Made by a program: the position numbers and the translations under genes. A stretch of 64,000 bases of DNA from Ptychomitrium polyphyllum (lineage: Eukaryota): assembly GCA_973851085.1 (NCBI GenBank), contig OZ316775.1:1116001-1180000 (forward strand). The letters run 5' to 3'. Position 1 is the first letter of the stretch; every line of letters begins with the position of its first letter. Positions 51,901-64,000 of this stretch are shown one piece after another. The notes under the pieces were generated by a model. That model was not told the origin of the DNA, ran no database searches, and saw nothing but the letters and a program-made list of their open reading frames with translations.

Positions 51901-52738
51901 CAATGCTCATTCTGCAATGCAATTCTGAATTGGAAACAATAACAATAAATGATAGTGAGGACATGTGGCACAATATCCCTTGATCTTGAATGGAATGCAA
52001 CCTTTGAGCAATGAAATAATTCCTTTTGGGAAGTAGTATTCGAGGGGGCCACTCAAGAATGTTATGGCATCCTCGGTATCATGAGTGGTATAAACAAATC
52101 AACTGAAACTATAACATAGAGTTCACAGGTATAAATGGGTCTTTGACGCTGTCGGTGATTTACACAATAATTTTCTTGTGAGATACAAGAGTCCTCAACA
52201 GACTCATAAAAGTGGTCCTTAGCCAACATTTCCAATCTTGGAAAACTGCCACTTTATCCACATGTCACGCTTCATCAAAAATTCACTGGCCTTACTCATT
52301 TAGAGTCTAAAAACTCTTCCAAGTGGACTAAGAGCTGTTGCACTCCCCCTTCTTGTATATAGCAACACATGTTAAAGTCTTCGCTTCCACAGGCGCTCAG
52401 ACTGGCACTGAGCAGCACCTCCGATAGTTATTTAACTCCTGAGGTACCAACATTAATGTGTATATGGACACTTCTACCAGTATTGATCAATGGTGACAAA
52501 CCTGAAAGGAAGCTCCTTTAGCAATCAGTCCACCCAGCAGCGCTGTTTGAGACTTCAAATTGAGGCATATACGTCAAATGTTGCATGAGAAGAATGCTCT
52601 CGTCCCAGTAGTCTCAAAAATGTGCCAGCAGCAATTTAGGTCGTCTCCTTAAAAGATGGATGTGACCTGATGCTCTAAGCCGTCACTACACCATGGTAGC
52701 AACAAAGAATCTGAAAGCAGGTACTTGATGCTTCCAAC

Positions 52739-52932
52739 CTAATTGAAAAAGTATGGCGCTCTTAAAACCTCTTTCAGATCTAGGTCACCTCTGATAGGTA
52801 CTTCAGGAAAAACGAGGTGTGGAAACCGCTCTTGAAAATTCTTCAAAAGCTGCTCCAAACATAAAACCAACACCACATTAGAGTTTCAACAAAACGATAC
52901 AATAAAATTGCCGTACTGTATAACAACTTCAT

Positions 52933-52986
<54 letters not shown>

Positions 52987-55900
52987 CTGATACCCTGCAA
53001 CAAGAAAGTCGGAAAACAAAGTATTCTGATGGGGCAAACTTTGCAGAGCAAATTTTTACTCACATTCTCAAGAATTGGTTGATTGTAAAGTTCAACAAAC
53101 TTTTCACGTAGCAGACAGTTCATTTTTTCAACATTCCCTGCATGTGTCCAATATGAATCATGTACACCTACAGTTACAGCAAACAACTTGTTAGACGACT
53201 ATACTATAACACAAAACACAAAAGCAATGTTTACAAGTGGAAAGCCGGGAACAACAATGAAAGTGCCCATAAGAAGCATATTCGAGTGAAGGCCCAAATA
53301 TGTACCTGCAAAAGTAAGACCTGCCTCGTGGCAAGCAAGAGCAGTCATCATCATGTGTGTACTATCAAGTGAATGTACAAAATTCGGAGGAAAGGCACTT
53401 TTCTGCCGCTGCACTAAAACAGGTTGATGAGCATCCAAGTTTCTTAAAGCAAGAATTTGCAATGAAGTCTTAACCTGTACAAAGTCCACATCCAAAAATT
53501 GTCACTAGCTGCACAACAAGCGCTTATGACTCAGAGACACTGCAAGCACATTCAGAAACCGTAATATAAAGAATTAAAATCGAATTCAAATAGAATCTCA
53601 AACTCTTCTCATACCAGATGTCTGCCAGGCTTGCGATAAGGCTGCACAACAGGAAGCCCAAGAGGGGTATTCCATTTCACAGTCTCTCCATCTGAAGCAA
53701 TAATCTGCACATAACGAAATTAGTTCAATACTGTAATGGTTTTAAAAATGACATGAAAAACAAACTTGAAGCACTCATATAACTACCAGCAGTATCACAG
53801 GAAAATAACACTTCTGATCTGATTTGCTTGACAGCTTCAGAACTATAACTTCTGTTATAATGCCATTATCTAGAAGAGAGCTTGTTAACTACTGAGGTTT
53901 CATGCTTGCAATCTGACCTTTGCACAGTCTCCAAGCCAGCTCATGATGCAACGAGCTTCTTTGAACATTTCTCCCAATGCGTTTAACGTTGTCTGCACCC
54001 ATAAGATAGAACAAAGAATAGCAAAATTACTAACGTAAGAACTGAATTGCTAGAATCGCTAGAGGCCAAGAGGGCAGTTTGAATTACACAGACCTCAATT
54101 AAAGTTCAGCAATAACGTCCAACTTCATTGCCTATAAACCCACCTTAGCAGCATAACAGGCAGCCCGGTACATTTCTGTCTGCTCTTGAATCGTCCCACG
54201 TTCTTTTAATCTATTGAAAATTTGCATGCGAGCACCAACAAAAGTAACTCCATACACCGATGTCATAACTGTCTGCTTGACGAGCTTCCTATCAATCTGC
54301 ACAGATAGGATATGCAGAAATTAGAATTGCGAGGGGCCAACCATATGTTAAGTGAATAAGAGTCCAAATATAACCAACAAACCAATATAGCAGATAAAAC
54401 TAAAAATGAACTCGTCTAGTACATACTTCGGGAAGCAACATCTTTGCATTAGCAGCATTGCGACTTGTTTTTGGATCTTTCAAAGCATCTTTCTCCATTA
54501 TTTCACGAACCCTGTAAAATAATGAAAGTTTTGAGGTTAAAACAGAATGCTTCATTTTAAACAAGGTTCAGGCCATAACACAGTCCTTAAAAATATAACC
54601 AAAAACCACATATACATTACAATACCTGGCTGCTATGCCTGAATACACATCTGCTGGCTTATCCCCAGCAATTAAATTCACAGATTCCGCTCCAATCTGC
54701 AAGAAATAGAGTGGCTCAGCTAGTAACAACAAGCAGTTGAATTGCCTAACAACTAAAAGAAAACAAATCAAGAATCAAAAACCTGTTCTGCCAAAATGCA
54801 CAAACAGTAGATTGCTTGAAATAAACTCCATGAAATACTCAGATACTCACCCTATCACGTCCTAGTGCCGCATAATGTTGTAAGCCATTGCATGAGCCGT
54901 CCTGTACAACAAATGCATCAAGTGGGCATTTTCAGGCTCAAGGATGCAAAACATCTTTGAAAGGTACAATATCCACATACTAAATATCTTGAAAAATGTT
55001 CTAAAAATACTGCCATAAAAGTCTGAGTAAGAGTTTGTTGCGTACAGAATAGACTAATCTTGCAGAGAAAGACCCACCTGATGCACAGGTAAGTACGAGA
55101 CAAATGTCTCCGGGTATCCGGATTGGATGGCATTCCGAATATCCAGACATGCTGCCAGGCACTGAAAAGGATCCTCTGCCTCTAGCCACCATCGGCTTCC
55201 TTCCAAAGGTCTTTCAGCGGAATCAATCACTTTTTCCATCATCTCGTCCACCCAAGCAACTCGGGCACCAAATGACATTTTTCCTACTTTCCCACCGTAC
55301 AGATTTGCAAGGTGGATTTTCAACCATCGCAGCCCTGAAGATCCCAATGGTCGACCTTCCGCAAACTGCAATATACCTCGGCACATATCTGATCCCAGAT
55401 GGTTCAGATGCGGGTGGATTGGGTAAGCTCTCCCTCGAAAATCTAAATTATGTGGGTAAAAAAAACCCTCTTCATCTTGTAACTTACGAGCTGCCTGTAG
55501 CAGAAACAAATTCACAATAACATCAGTTCCCAAGAACACGTGCTGTGCTCATTCCAGGGCCTGCAGCCCTTCAATCCTTCGAATTGGTCAACAATCCTTG
55601 ATACCAGTTTTCATTAAAAATTGCATAGTAAATATTATGACCATGAGATAACAACCTCGATAGTAGCAGAGAATTAAAGATATTCTTAGGTGAATTACCG
55701 CTAGCTTGAGTTCAGTATCACAACGCAAAGAGTGCCGTTCACTATTGATACGCTTTGCAGAAGCAGCATGTCGTCTCCAGTTCTTTAGCTCCTCGAGATC
55801 ATCCGAATCAGGCTTATCTGGAAGTGGAACCTGAAACAAAGATCACGGAGCATTAACCATCGGAACAGGTACAAATGAGGTCCGGATTTAATCATCGCTG

Positions 55901-58900
55901 CAACACAGTTAACGCTACAAATTCAACAACATCCTGCTCCTAGAACTACATTTACAACAACTTGCTTTACTCACAATATCACAATTGTAATGAGATACAG
56001 AAATAGCTGATCTAGCTAAAAACATGCCAATCTTACATCATCTTGATCCACAAGATCTGCCAAACGCCCACCACTTGCCCAGATCTTCTCCAACACTACC
56101 AGCACGACATTGTTGATGTTCCATTTAGTTGAACCCAGCGCATCCAAAGCCTGACAAAAACCCATTACGGATTTAGAAATAGTCACCAAATCTCCCAAAC
56201 CACCGAGGTCTCAAATGGAACATATCTGATTTCAAAAAAGGACGGTAAATTAATGCAAAATATCAATACCAATAGAAGCAAGTGGGTACAAGACAGGCTT
56301 CAGACGCAATATGAATAGAAGAAATATTCACAGTAGACATACCTGAACAATCTTAGACATATTTTGGCGAGGAGTAGCGACAATAGTATCACGAAGTTCC
56401 TTTGCCCCATGTGTACGCATGATGGTCGACTTCAGATGTAAATATCCACCATCATAAAACCTGCAGTTAAAGAAAACTCCATGAATACATGTAGACTATA
56501 AGAGAGAAGGCAAACAACCATCAAGGTAGTTCTTTCCTTGTACATTTGCACCACCAACTTGTTAAGAGAATATATATAATGTCCAGAAATAAATGAAATA
56601 TCCTAAACGGTTTCCTCTCTTTGCACCCAACTTTTTTTTAAAAGCAATCGAAGGGGAGCATACCCATTCCATGCACGTGGCTTCACCAACATTGGCATGT
56701 ACGGCATCACCATATGTTGCACCTAAAATCAAAACTACAACACATCACAACACATCCTTGCAAGAATACACAAAACACCTAACATTTGTAATAAAAGAAG
56801 AACATTAGATCAACCTCTGGCAAGGTGGAGAGATACAATTATGCAAAGAAACCTACCCCATCCTTGTATAGAAGTGATATCGAGAAATCTGATTCACAAT
56901 CAAACAACTAGAAAAAGAGAGAACACGCATAACCTGCTACTGAAAACCCTGGGGTTAACATGTAACTCACCGACTTGTCCAACGCACTCAAGACACCAGG
57001 GTCGCACTCAATAACACCATATATTCGATTCAAACTGTAAAAAATAAACAAAAGTAGACAGACACGTATCAGAATGAGTTGTCATCACTTACATATGACA
57101 TGAAAAGAGATGAACTATCAGTAGCCATAATAAAAATAATTTAAAGAAAAAAAGAATAACTTAAAGAGAACAAGAAAGGCATTAAGCTTACTTGTTCTTG
57201 TTCTTTATAGGATAATTTCTCAATGTGTGTTTGAACGCTGGGCGCATTTCAGTTATATCTTGGGCAGTTTGGTCAGCAGGTGGACGCATAAAAGAAGTTT
57301 CTAACATGAGCTCAAGCAATCTACTCCCGACCTGCAAGAGTCAATAGTTCAAAATCTCCTTAAACAACGAACGGAAAACGATGCTACTCGACCCCACACC
57401 TAAATGATGGTTTTAAGGATTCAGTACATCGTCTTCAAATCGACCCCAAATATTGGGCCATATATGGTACCCAGGTCCACCTAAGATCTTTTACATATCC
57501 TAATAGACATCCATATCTTGTACCTTGACTTGAATAGCAGGTCCCCAGGGCTCGTCACCATTGGCCTGCTGCACTAACTTTCCAACCAGGCGCAACTTCT
57601 GCTGTTTCACTAACTTCTTCACCTTTTCCTTGGTTAGCTTCAAATTCCTATCACCTTCTATATCAGATTCTGCATCTAAGGCCAACATTCCTTCGGTGGA
57701 ATTAACGTCAGTGCTGTTGAGAGCAACCACACCGGTACTCTTTTTCCCCTTCTTTGCAACTTTTTTCTTTGTACGCAGTAGTTTATGAATGCCGACCTGT
57801 CAAAGGCGAAACTAAGAGCATTCAGAACTCCCTCAATAAACACTAACAGAAAAACACGATTTCCCAACAAAACATTGAGAATTTGATCCCCGAAGCTTTT
57901 ACCCAGCTGCTTGCGAGCAATTAGTAGCAAATCCAAAAATCACATTCGATATCCCAAAATTGCACGCTGCCAAATAATACTAGAATCAACAGACTGAGCT
58001 AAAGAACTGTAAAAGACCTCTTGTTCCACAGCTTCTCCGATTTGCAGAGCTGCATGAAGAACTTTTACACATCCATGTTCCTGATCGCTCATTAGAAGAC
58101 TCATTAGACGATGCATGGTAATGACTGCTAGCATGTCCGCTGGAAGCTGCGACATAAACGGGCCATAAACAGCACGGTGCTCTCTGAAGTTACGGTCTTC
58201 GTAATCCGTCTGTTCTCGTGCAATAGCATCCCTGTAGTCGCGAGAAAATAATTCATGCCATTGCCGAACTAGGTCAAAACGTTGATCGTTAACAAGCCAT
58301 GCAGTTTGCAAAATTCTAAGATGATTGTGTACATCGTCAAGAAAAAGCGCTTAGATTTTGCAAGGACGAAATTAGGCCAAGCATAAGGACCATAGGAAAA
58401 ACTTAACATCATTTGCGATCGGTTCAATACCTCAAGGGCTCGAACCAGCCGAGGAGTAATGACCGAGTGGCTGGCAAATTCGGGGCTAGGTTTTTCTTGC
58501 ACATTTCTGCAACGAGCTCCTTGTACTCTGCCGCCGCTTGATGCCATGCTTCTGTTTCAATTTTAAATTGCCGCATATACAGCTCCTTCTGCTTCTGCTT
58601 GGCCTTCCTGCGCTCCTGAGCACGCTTCTTAGCTGCAGCTACCTTATCTTCGTCTACAACAGGAGCACGCACCTCCTCAGGTTCATACTCTTCTTCAACT
58701 TCATCCTCGACCACTACCTCCGCTGCACTCGCAAAAGCACGGCTATAATCTAGCGCTGGCCTATCCCTAGGCTTAGAACCAATACTTCCAATATCCTGTC
58801 TCGGCGCACCCTGCAAGAACAGCCAAGGCAGGTTCACCACGTTGTACAGAGCCGCATCGAGCGTCTGATCGACACTCGACTGCCTAGAGTCCGCCACCGA

Positions 58901-59122
58901 TCGCACAAAACTCGAAGATTGCAAAGGCCATCGCGCCTCGCCATTCACGTCCTTATCAACCGCCCTGTCAAGCCCCTGCCCTGCAGCCGCCGTCGTCGAC
59001 CCTGACGTCCATCGGAATTTTGACGACTCCGACCAAAACGGTGACGAGCTCCTTTCAAATCCTAACCCTCGCAACTCCCCCCGCGGTTGTCTCGACAGCT
59101 GCCGCACCGCCGCCCTCCACAT
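52739..59122 (-). CDS. RpoT: Nuclear-encoded T3/T7 phage-type organellar RNA polymerase, 1043 aa from the MWR start, 19 exons: 59122-58431, 58231-58018, 57796-57524, 57331-57192, 57034-56971, 56722-56664, 56460-56343, 56150-56037, 55830-55699, 55494-55078, 54901-54851, 54696-54626, 54511-54427, 54296-54144, 53992-53918, 53704-53615, 53474-53306, 53167-53064, 52849-52739
   Basis: In-phase model of 3132 nt. Motifs [65 protein letters not shown] and terminal PYFFN; N-terminal [11 protein letters not shown] is presequence-like. Confidence 0.97.
52933..52986. repeat. Compound microsatellite (AC)13(AT)14 in the last RpoT intron
   Basis: Read directly from the sequence. Confidence 0.95.
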
Positions 59123-59524
59123 TCCGCCCCTCACAACACCTCGCCGTTCCCCCACTCTCTCGCGTCCGCACTCCAGCCAATCCAACATCAAATATCCCCC
59201 TCACAATCCCCGCCCCGCCCTCGCAAACCGCAATATTCATAAAACCCCGACCGCCATTCACCACCACCACCGCACTTCCCCTCCCTCCTCTAGAAAGAAC
59301 CAACAACAAAAAGCAAGCGCTTCTCGCGCTTCACTGATTGCGAGTGATCGTCGTGCGGTCTGCAGAAGATGCACGTGATCAATCGTGTGAAATGCGTGCC
59401 GCTCGTGAGTCCGCAACGAGAGCTCGACGCAAATTGCCCGGGAGACAACAAGCGCAGCTTCTCTGTGCCTCTCTCGCCACTCGAGGTTTTAGCGACTCAC
59501 GGCAGCTCTCGCTCTGCTCCCGTT

Positions 59525-59532
59525 TAGGGTTT
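59525..59532 (-). promoter_or_regulatory. Telo-box (AAACCCTA) in the RpoT upstream region
   Basis: tagggttt at 59525-59532, about 400 bp upstream of the ATG in a GC-rich promoter-like island. The motif is short and could be chance. Confidence 0.35.
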
Positions 59533-60149
59533 AAGGCTAGCGCACCCAAAACCGTCCCCATGCTCCAAAGCAACCTTCGCTACCGTGGGTGTACATCCAA
59601 GGCGAGAAGTTTACGCTTTTTTTTTAATAATGTCTGGTTGGATATAGTGACAGTCACTCCGTATTATGTGAAAACAAATCTAGACTCTGAGGAGAAATCA
59701 AACGACATGCGGATTATGTCGGGTTTGGGTACAGCGATGGCTTTGGGTATGCCCTTCTTCGGCGTCGGTGTGAACGGGGTTTAGGGACCATGTGCGAACT
59801 CGGCACTTTGATTCTGCCACGTGGGACTCGGCGAGAGGCGGTAGGATTCCACGTCTTTGTGCTGGTGGGGAAGAATGGACAAAGGCGACATTGTATGCTG
59901 AAATGACATTTACGGAGAGTGCATCAAAAACCTTCGAATTTGTTAGTGAGCTTGGTTCTTAATATTAGACTGCGCACGGTTTTTTCCAGAACATTCTATC
60001 TCGCTCAAATACATCTTTTTGGATGCTTTCCAAATAAGGCATGAATTGTTGTATTTTATAGTGTAGCTCTTCAAAATTGTGACTAGATATCCATGAAAAT
60101 GAAAAATACAAGGGGTGGTTGCTTGGATTGACATGTACATTATAATAGT

Positions 60150-62500
60150 TACTATAATTACTAATTAAACTGGTTTTTAAGTTTTTTCTCATGGTTGATT
60201 GGATTAATTCTTCTATTTTTTGAAGTTTTGAAGTTTTTATATAATGCCATAATTATATATATTATTGGTATTTTTAGTGGATCGAATTGCATTATCATAT
60301 TTTTTAGCCAACTGTCATGTATCACTTCTATATTAGAGCATCTAGGCTACATATTCTTTTATAAAAAACACACAATAAGTTTATTATTTAAAAAATAAAT
60401 AAAATTTATTATTTATTTAATGTTGATTATAGTGTAGAATGCATTAGGAATTTAACAGATTTTGAAAGATGCATGTTTTTTTTATTGAAGAATGGAAGTG
60501 TAGTTAAAATGTAGATGGTTTCTTTTTAAATATTGAATTGAAGGAGTCAAGTGTATTCTAAGTATTATGAATTTGATAAAAAAAATTATATTACATATTT
60601 CATTACAATATACAATATACATCCAAAATCTTCATATAATGAGTTTATGTCCTTTATATTAAGGTTGGAATTGTTCTTTATGACATTCAAAAAAAAAATT
60701 ATTACTACCTCTGCAACAATTTACTTATTATAAATTAATAATACAAAAGGCTCAATTATTGATCTTTTTCAATAATTAATGGCCACTACCATCATCCAAA
60801 AGCCATGTGCAAGATGGTGAGTGGTGAAGATAACAAAATATATATATTGCAAGTCAAGAAGATAATTTTAATCAACAATACTAGTTACAAGTAGTTGCAC
60901 ATTGTACAACATTAGCAACCATTGCTTTGTGATTTTCACTCTCAATTAATTCTTATATTTTTTATTCAATATATAATGCATTTTTTATTATACTTTTAAT
61001 CATATTGCAACTAGATTTCTATTTTAATGCATTATTAATAAAGCAAAGGAATATTGTAAGGAAAAAAAACAAGTACACATATTGGAATTTATTAAATTGA
61101 AGTATTTTTTAATTTATTAACAATAAAGCAAATAGGATTAGAAGGTAGATTTTCCTTGCCTTAAGCAATATTATTCATAGTTGTTGAATTATTAATGCTA
61201 CTTTGTATACTAATTTGCTAATTTTCATTATTCTTCTATTCTATACTTTAAACACCTTTTAATCTTTATTCAATCTATTTTTTCATTTAATTACTTTCAT
61301 TCAAGGTGTTGGTTCATGCAATAAGTTTGTGAACATGTTTTATGATTATACATTGCAAATATGTTGAAACTTACAATTTTATGGAAGATTTGCAACACTA
61401 TAGCAATTAAAATTAGACTATAGTTAATAAAAAAATTATTACAAAAAGCTAATTGTTACCTTATATGAATTACAAGTATAAAGCATGTAAAAAAATATTA
61501 AAAAGTATTTATTTGATTTATTTGATTTGTTTAAAATAATGATATATTGAACAATTTCTTTATTGGCCTTTTAAAAATGAAGATGCTTTTTAAAAAATGC
61601 ATTGGCAACAATTAAATCATAGAAATTTTATTGAATTTAAATATAATTTTTTTACAACAATTTATTTTCAAAATCATTTGTTTTAAAAATATTTGGAGTT
61701 TGTTAGGAAAAAACAAGAGTTAATTGTCTATAAAATATCAAAGGTTCAAATCATATAATGAATACATAGTTATTTTTATCTTAAACATTCCATTTTAAAA
61801 CAATTTAATATATGCAAATTAATTACTATAATACACAATATGTAAAGTATCTAAAAATTGCAAAAAAGAAGGAAGGTCTTTATAGATTGATACCAAAAAA
61901 ATGCAAGATTATTAAATAAAAAGTTGTTATAATAATGAAATTTATATGGTTTTTTAAAATGACAATTCAAATAAAGTGAAAATATTGAAATGGTAGTCAT
62001 TAAAATAAAAAACATAGAGCTTTTATAAAACAACATTTAAAGTTGTAACAATGACAACATCATTTTTGAAAATATTAAAATTTAGTACATCATTTATAAA
62101 AAGTAGTTGGTGTATCTCAACATAAGAAGAAATTTACAAATAGAAAATAATCAAAATTGAGAATTATATCCATAATATTAATGAAGATTACTACGTTGCT
62201 ATATGCTAAATTTAATATGTCAAAATTATTTTACTATTCTATAAAAACTTGAAAGTTGAAGGGCATTATCTCTTAAAAGTATAAGCATTTACAAACTACA
62301 TATAACCTTTAACTTCTCATATATTTATGAGCATTGACAAGTCCATGTTAAGAGTAATTTATCAATCTCAATATCAAAACAAAATTATCTCTTCTAAATA
62401 TCCTTAGTTCATTTAGGGAAGAAATACGATTTTTGAAAGCCCAAAATTTTCAGAATTATTTTCCACATTATAAAAAAACATCCGAAATGATTTTGATCTT
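60150..62500. other. AT-rich, CpG-depleted block (probable decayed transposon); boundaries approximate
   Basis: Compositional shift, very few CG, only low-complexity spurious ORFs. Confidence 0.45.
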
Positions 62501-62599
62501 CATTTTAAAAATCCACACTCCCAAATCTGTTCATTGCCACATTCGAAACTGCCACTGCACCTAGAACCAACATTATCTACCTCACGTCTGCATTTGCTT

Positions 62600-64000
62600 T
62601 CTCGAAATTTACGAAACCCGTAGATCCGATAGTTGGTCGCTTCAGCGTAAGCACCGAATATGTGCATGCTTCACCGCAGGAAAGGAGCGCATCATTCGAA
62701 AAGATTCTATCGCACGTCACGTGAACGTCATCCCGACGGGCTACGCCGGTATGGTCTCATACGAGACCGGCCAGACAGGTACCACCTTAAGCGATTCCAG
62801 ACCGAATTGTCGTCGTCTCTATTGGCGCTGCGATTTCGTTGGAAGCGCGGCTACGACGGAGTACCATCGCCATCGCCATCGTTAGCGTCACTGCCTCGTG
62901 CGCGCCTCACACCCCGTTCTGCTCACTCCATTACTTCACCTCGTCCCCCTGTCCGCCGACGATCGCAGCTGTCACCGCGTTTTCTCAGCTTGTCTTCCTT
63001 GCCTACCCGTTAGCCATCGCGCACAACCTCGGAGACTAAGGATGATGTGTTGGCGAGCTCTCTTGTGTAAGTGTTCTGTGTGGTTCGACGGTGGAGATCA
63101 TTCTCCGACGTAGGGGAGCCTCAAGTCGGGGGTGGTTCGAGGAGATCGGTATCTCAGGAGGGAGTAGTTTGATCTTGCTCCTTCGCGATGAGGAGTTGGT
63201 TAGTTGGTGGGTGATGAGTTTGTGTGGGCAGTTGGGGAAGATGAACCCCGTCGGGGTTTGGGATAGGGTTTGGGGACTCTGCGTAGAGATTTCCATCCCC
63301 ATGGGATTTTCTGTGTACAATGCGTGATGGGTCGCAAGCTGGGAGTGTTATGGTTGAAGGTTAAGGTGATTGGTTTTTGTAGTCGTTGTGATGTTTGTCA
63401 TTAGTGCGCCTCTTGTTGGTGAGGTTTGGCGTTGAGCTTTACATCTTGTCTTAGAGTGTGCCATTTCACTGTTGCTTTGATGGTGAAGAGGTGGTATTTG
63501 GACGGAGGCTTTTGAATTGGGTTTAGGGTGGGGTAGTAATCGGGTCCGGAGTATATGACCACGGGGATCAGCGTGGGTTGAAATTTGACATAGTTGGGTT
63601 TTCGATTGACCTGCTGGTAGTGAGGTCTGAATCCGGATTCTCATTAGGTCAAAAGTGTTTTACTTCGGAATCATTTTTAGGGTTTAATTCTTGTAAAAAT
63701 CGGGAAAATTCGGCCCTTGGTTCTTGCAGGTTGCCGTCTCATGTATCCTGATTCTTTTGCAAAGGACAGCACTACGTTCTTGACACGGTTGCATTCAGCT
63801 TTGTCTGTGACACTAAGGTCTAGTTCGCCAGGGGTTAGTTATAATCATAATGCAGATGCGAGTGCGAGTGCGAGTGCACTCATTCTGTTTCCTAAATTTT
63901 TAGTGGGACTTTCTCTTCAGTGTCTTCGAATATGCCGACTACTTAAACCTTAGTTAATGAGATTTTGAGATTTGAGATTTATGGTTGTGGCACTGGGTGC
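62600..64000 (+). promoter_or_regulatory. Probable promoter / 5' leader and first intron of a plus-strand gene continuing beyond the window
   Basis: A CpG-rich island with tcacgtga and a pyrimidine-rich leader, followed by G/T-rich intron-like sequence, as seen upstream of both ACER genes. Candidate acceptor ttcttgcag at 63721-63729. Confidence 0.4.

Noticed and set aside
52739..59122. Phage-type RNA polymerase as a prophage or recent viral insertion
   Set aside because: Eighteen spliceosomal introns and an organellar presequence identify it as the standard nuclear RpoT gene.

Overview
Nuclear genomic DNA of a land plant, almost certainly a moss. This is inferred from the gene set, GT-AG introns of about 100-400 bp, and an RpoT N-terminus of the Physcomitrium RpoT1 type; the species cannot be fixed from sequence alone. 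I could build in-phase gene models for nine genes: an LTI65/RD29/CAP160-like stress protein (runs off the left edge), a secreted Pro-rich extensin/AGP-like protein fused to a PLAT domain, a gentisate-1,2-dioxygenase-like bicupin, YlmG/YGGT (YLMG2-type), two tandem alkaline ceramidases, a class III peroxidase, BASS4 (14 exons) and a phage-type organellar RNA polymerase RpoT (19 exons). The window also holds a GT34 glycosyltransferase pseudogene, an FAD-monooxygenase remnant bracketed by a perfect 19-bp inverted repeat, a ~290-bp MITE-like element, and five very AT-rich, CpG-poor blocks that look like decayed transposons. The most notable observations are the apparently swapped cupin order of the dioxygenase-like gene, the HRGP-PLAT fusion, two unrelated 21-aa repeat arrays in the LTI65-like protein, uORF asymmetry between the ceramidase paralogs, and upstream AUGs in RpoT. 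I saw no rRNA, tRNA or CRISPR, and found no convincing multi-gene novel system. Family assignments rest on motifs recognised by eye, not on database searches.
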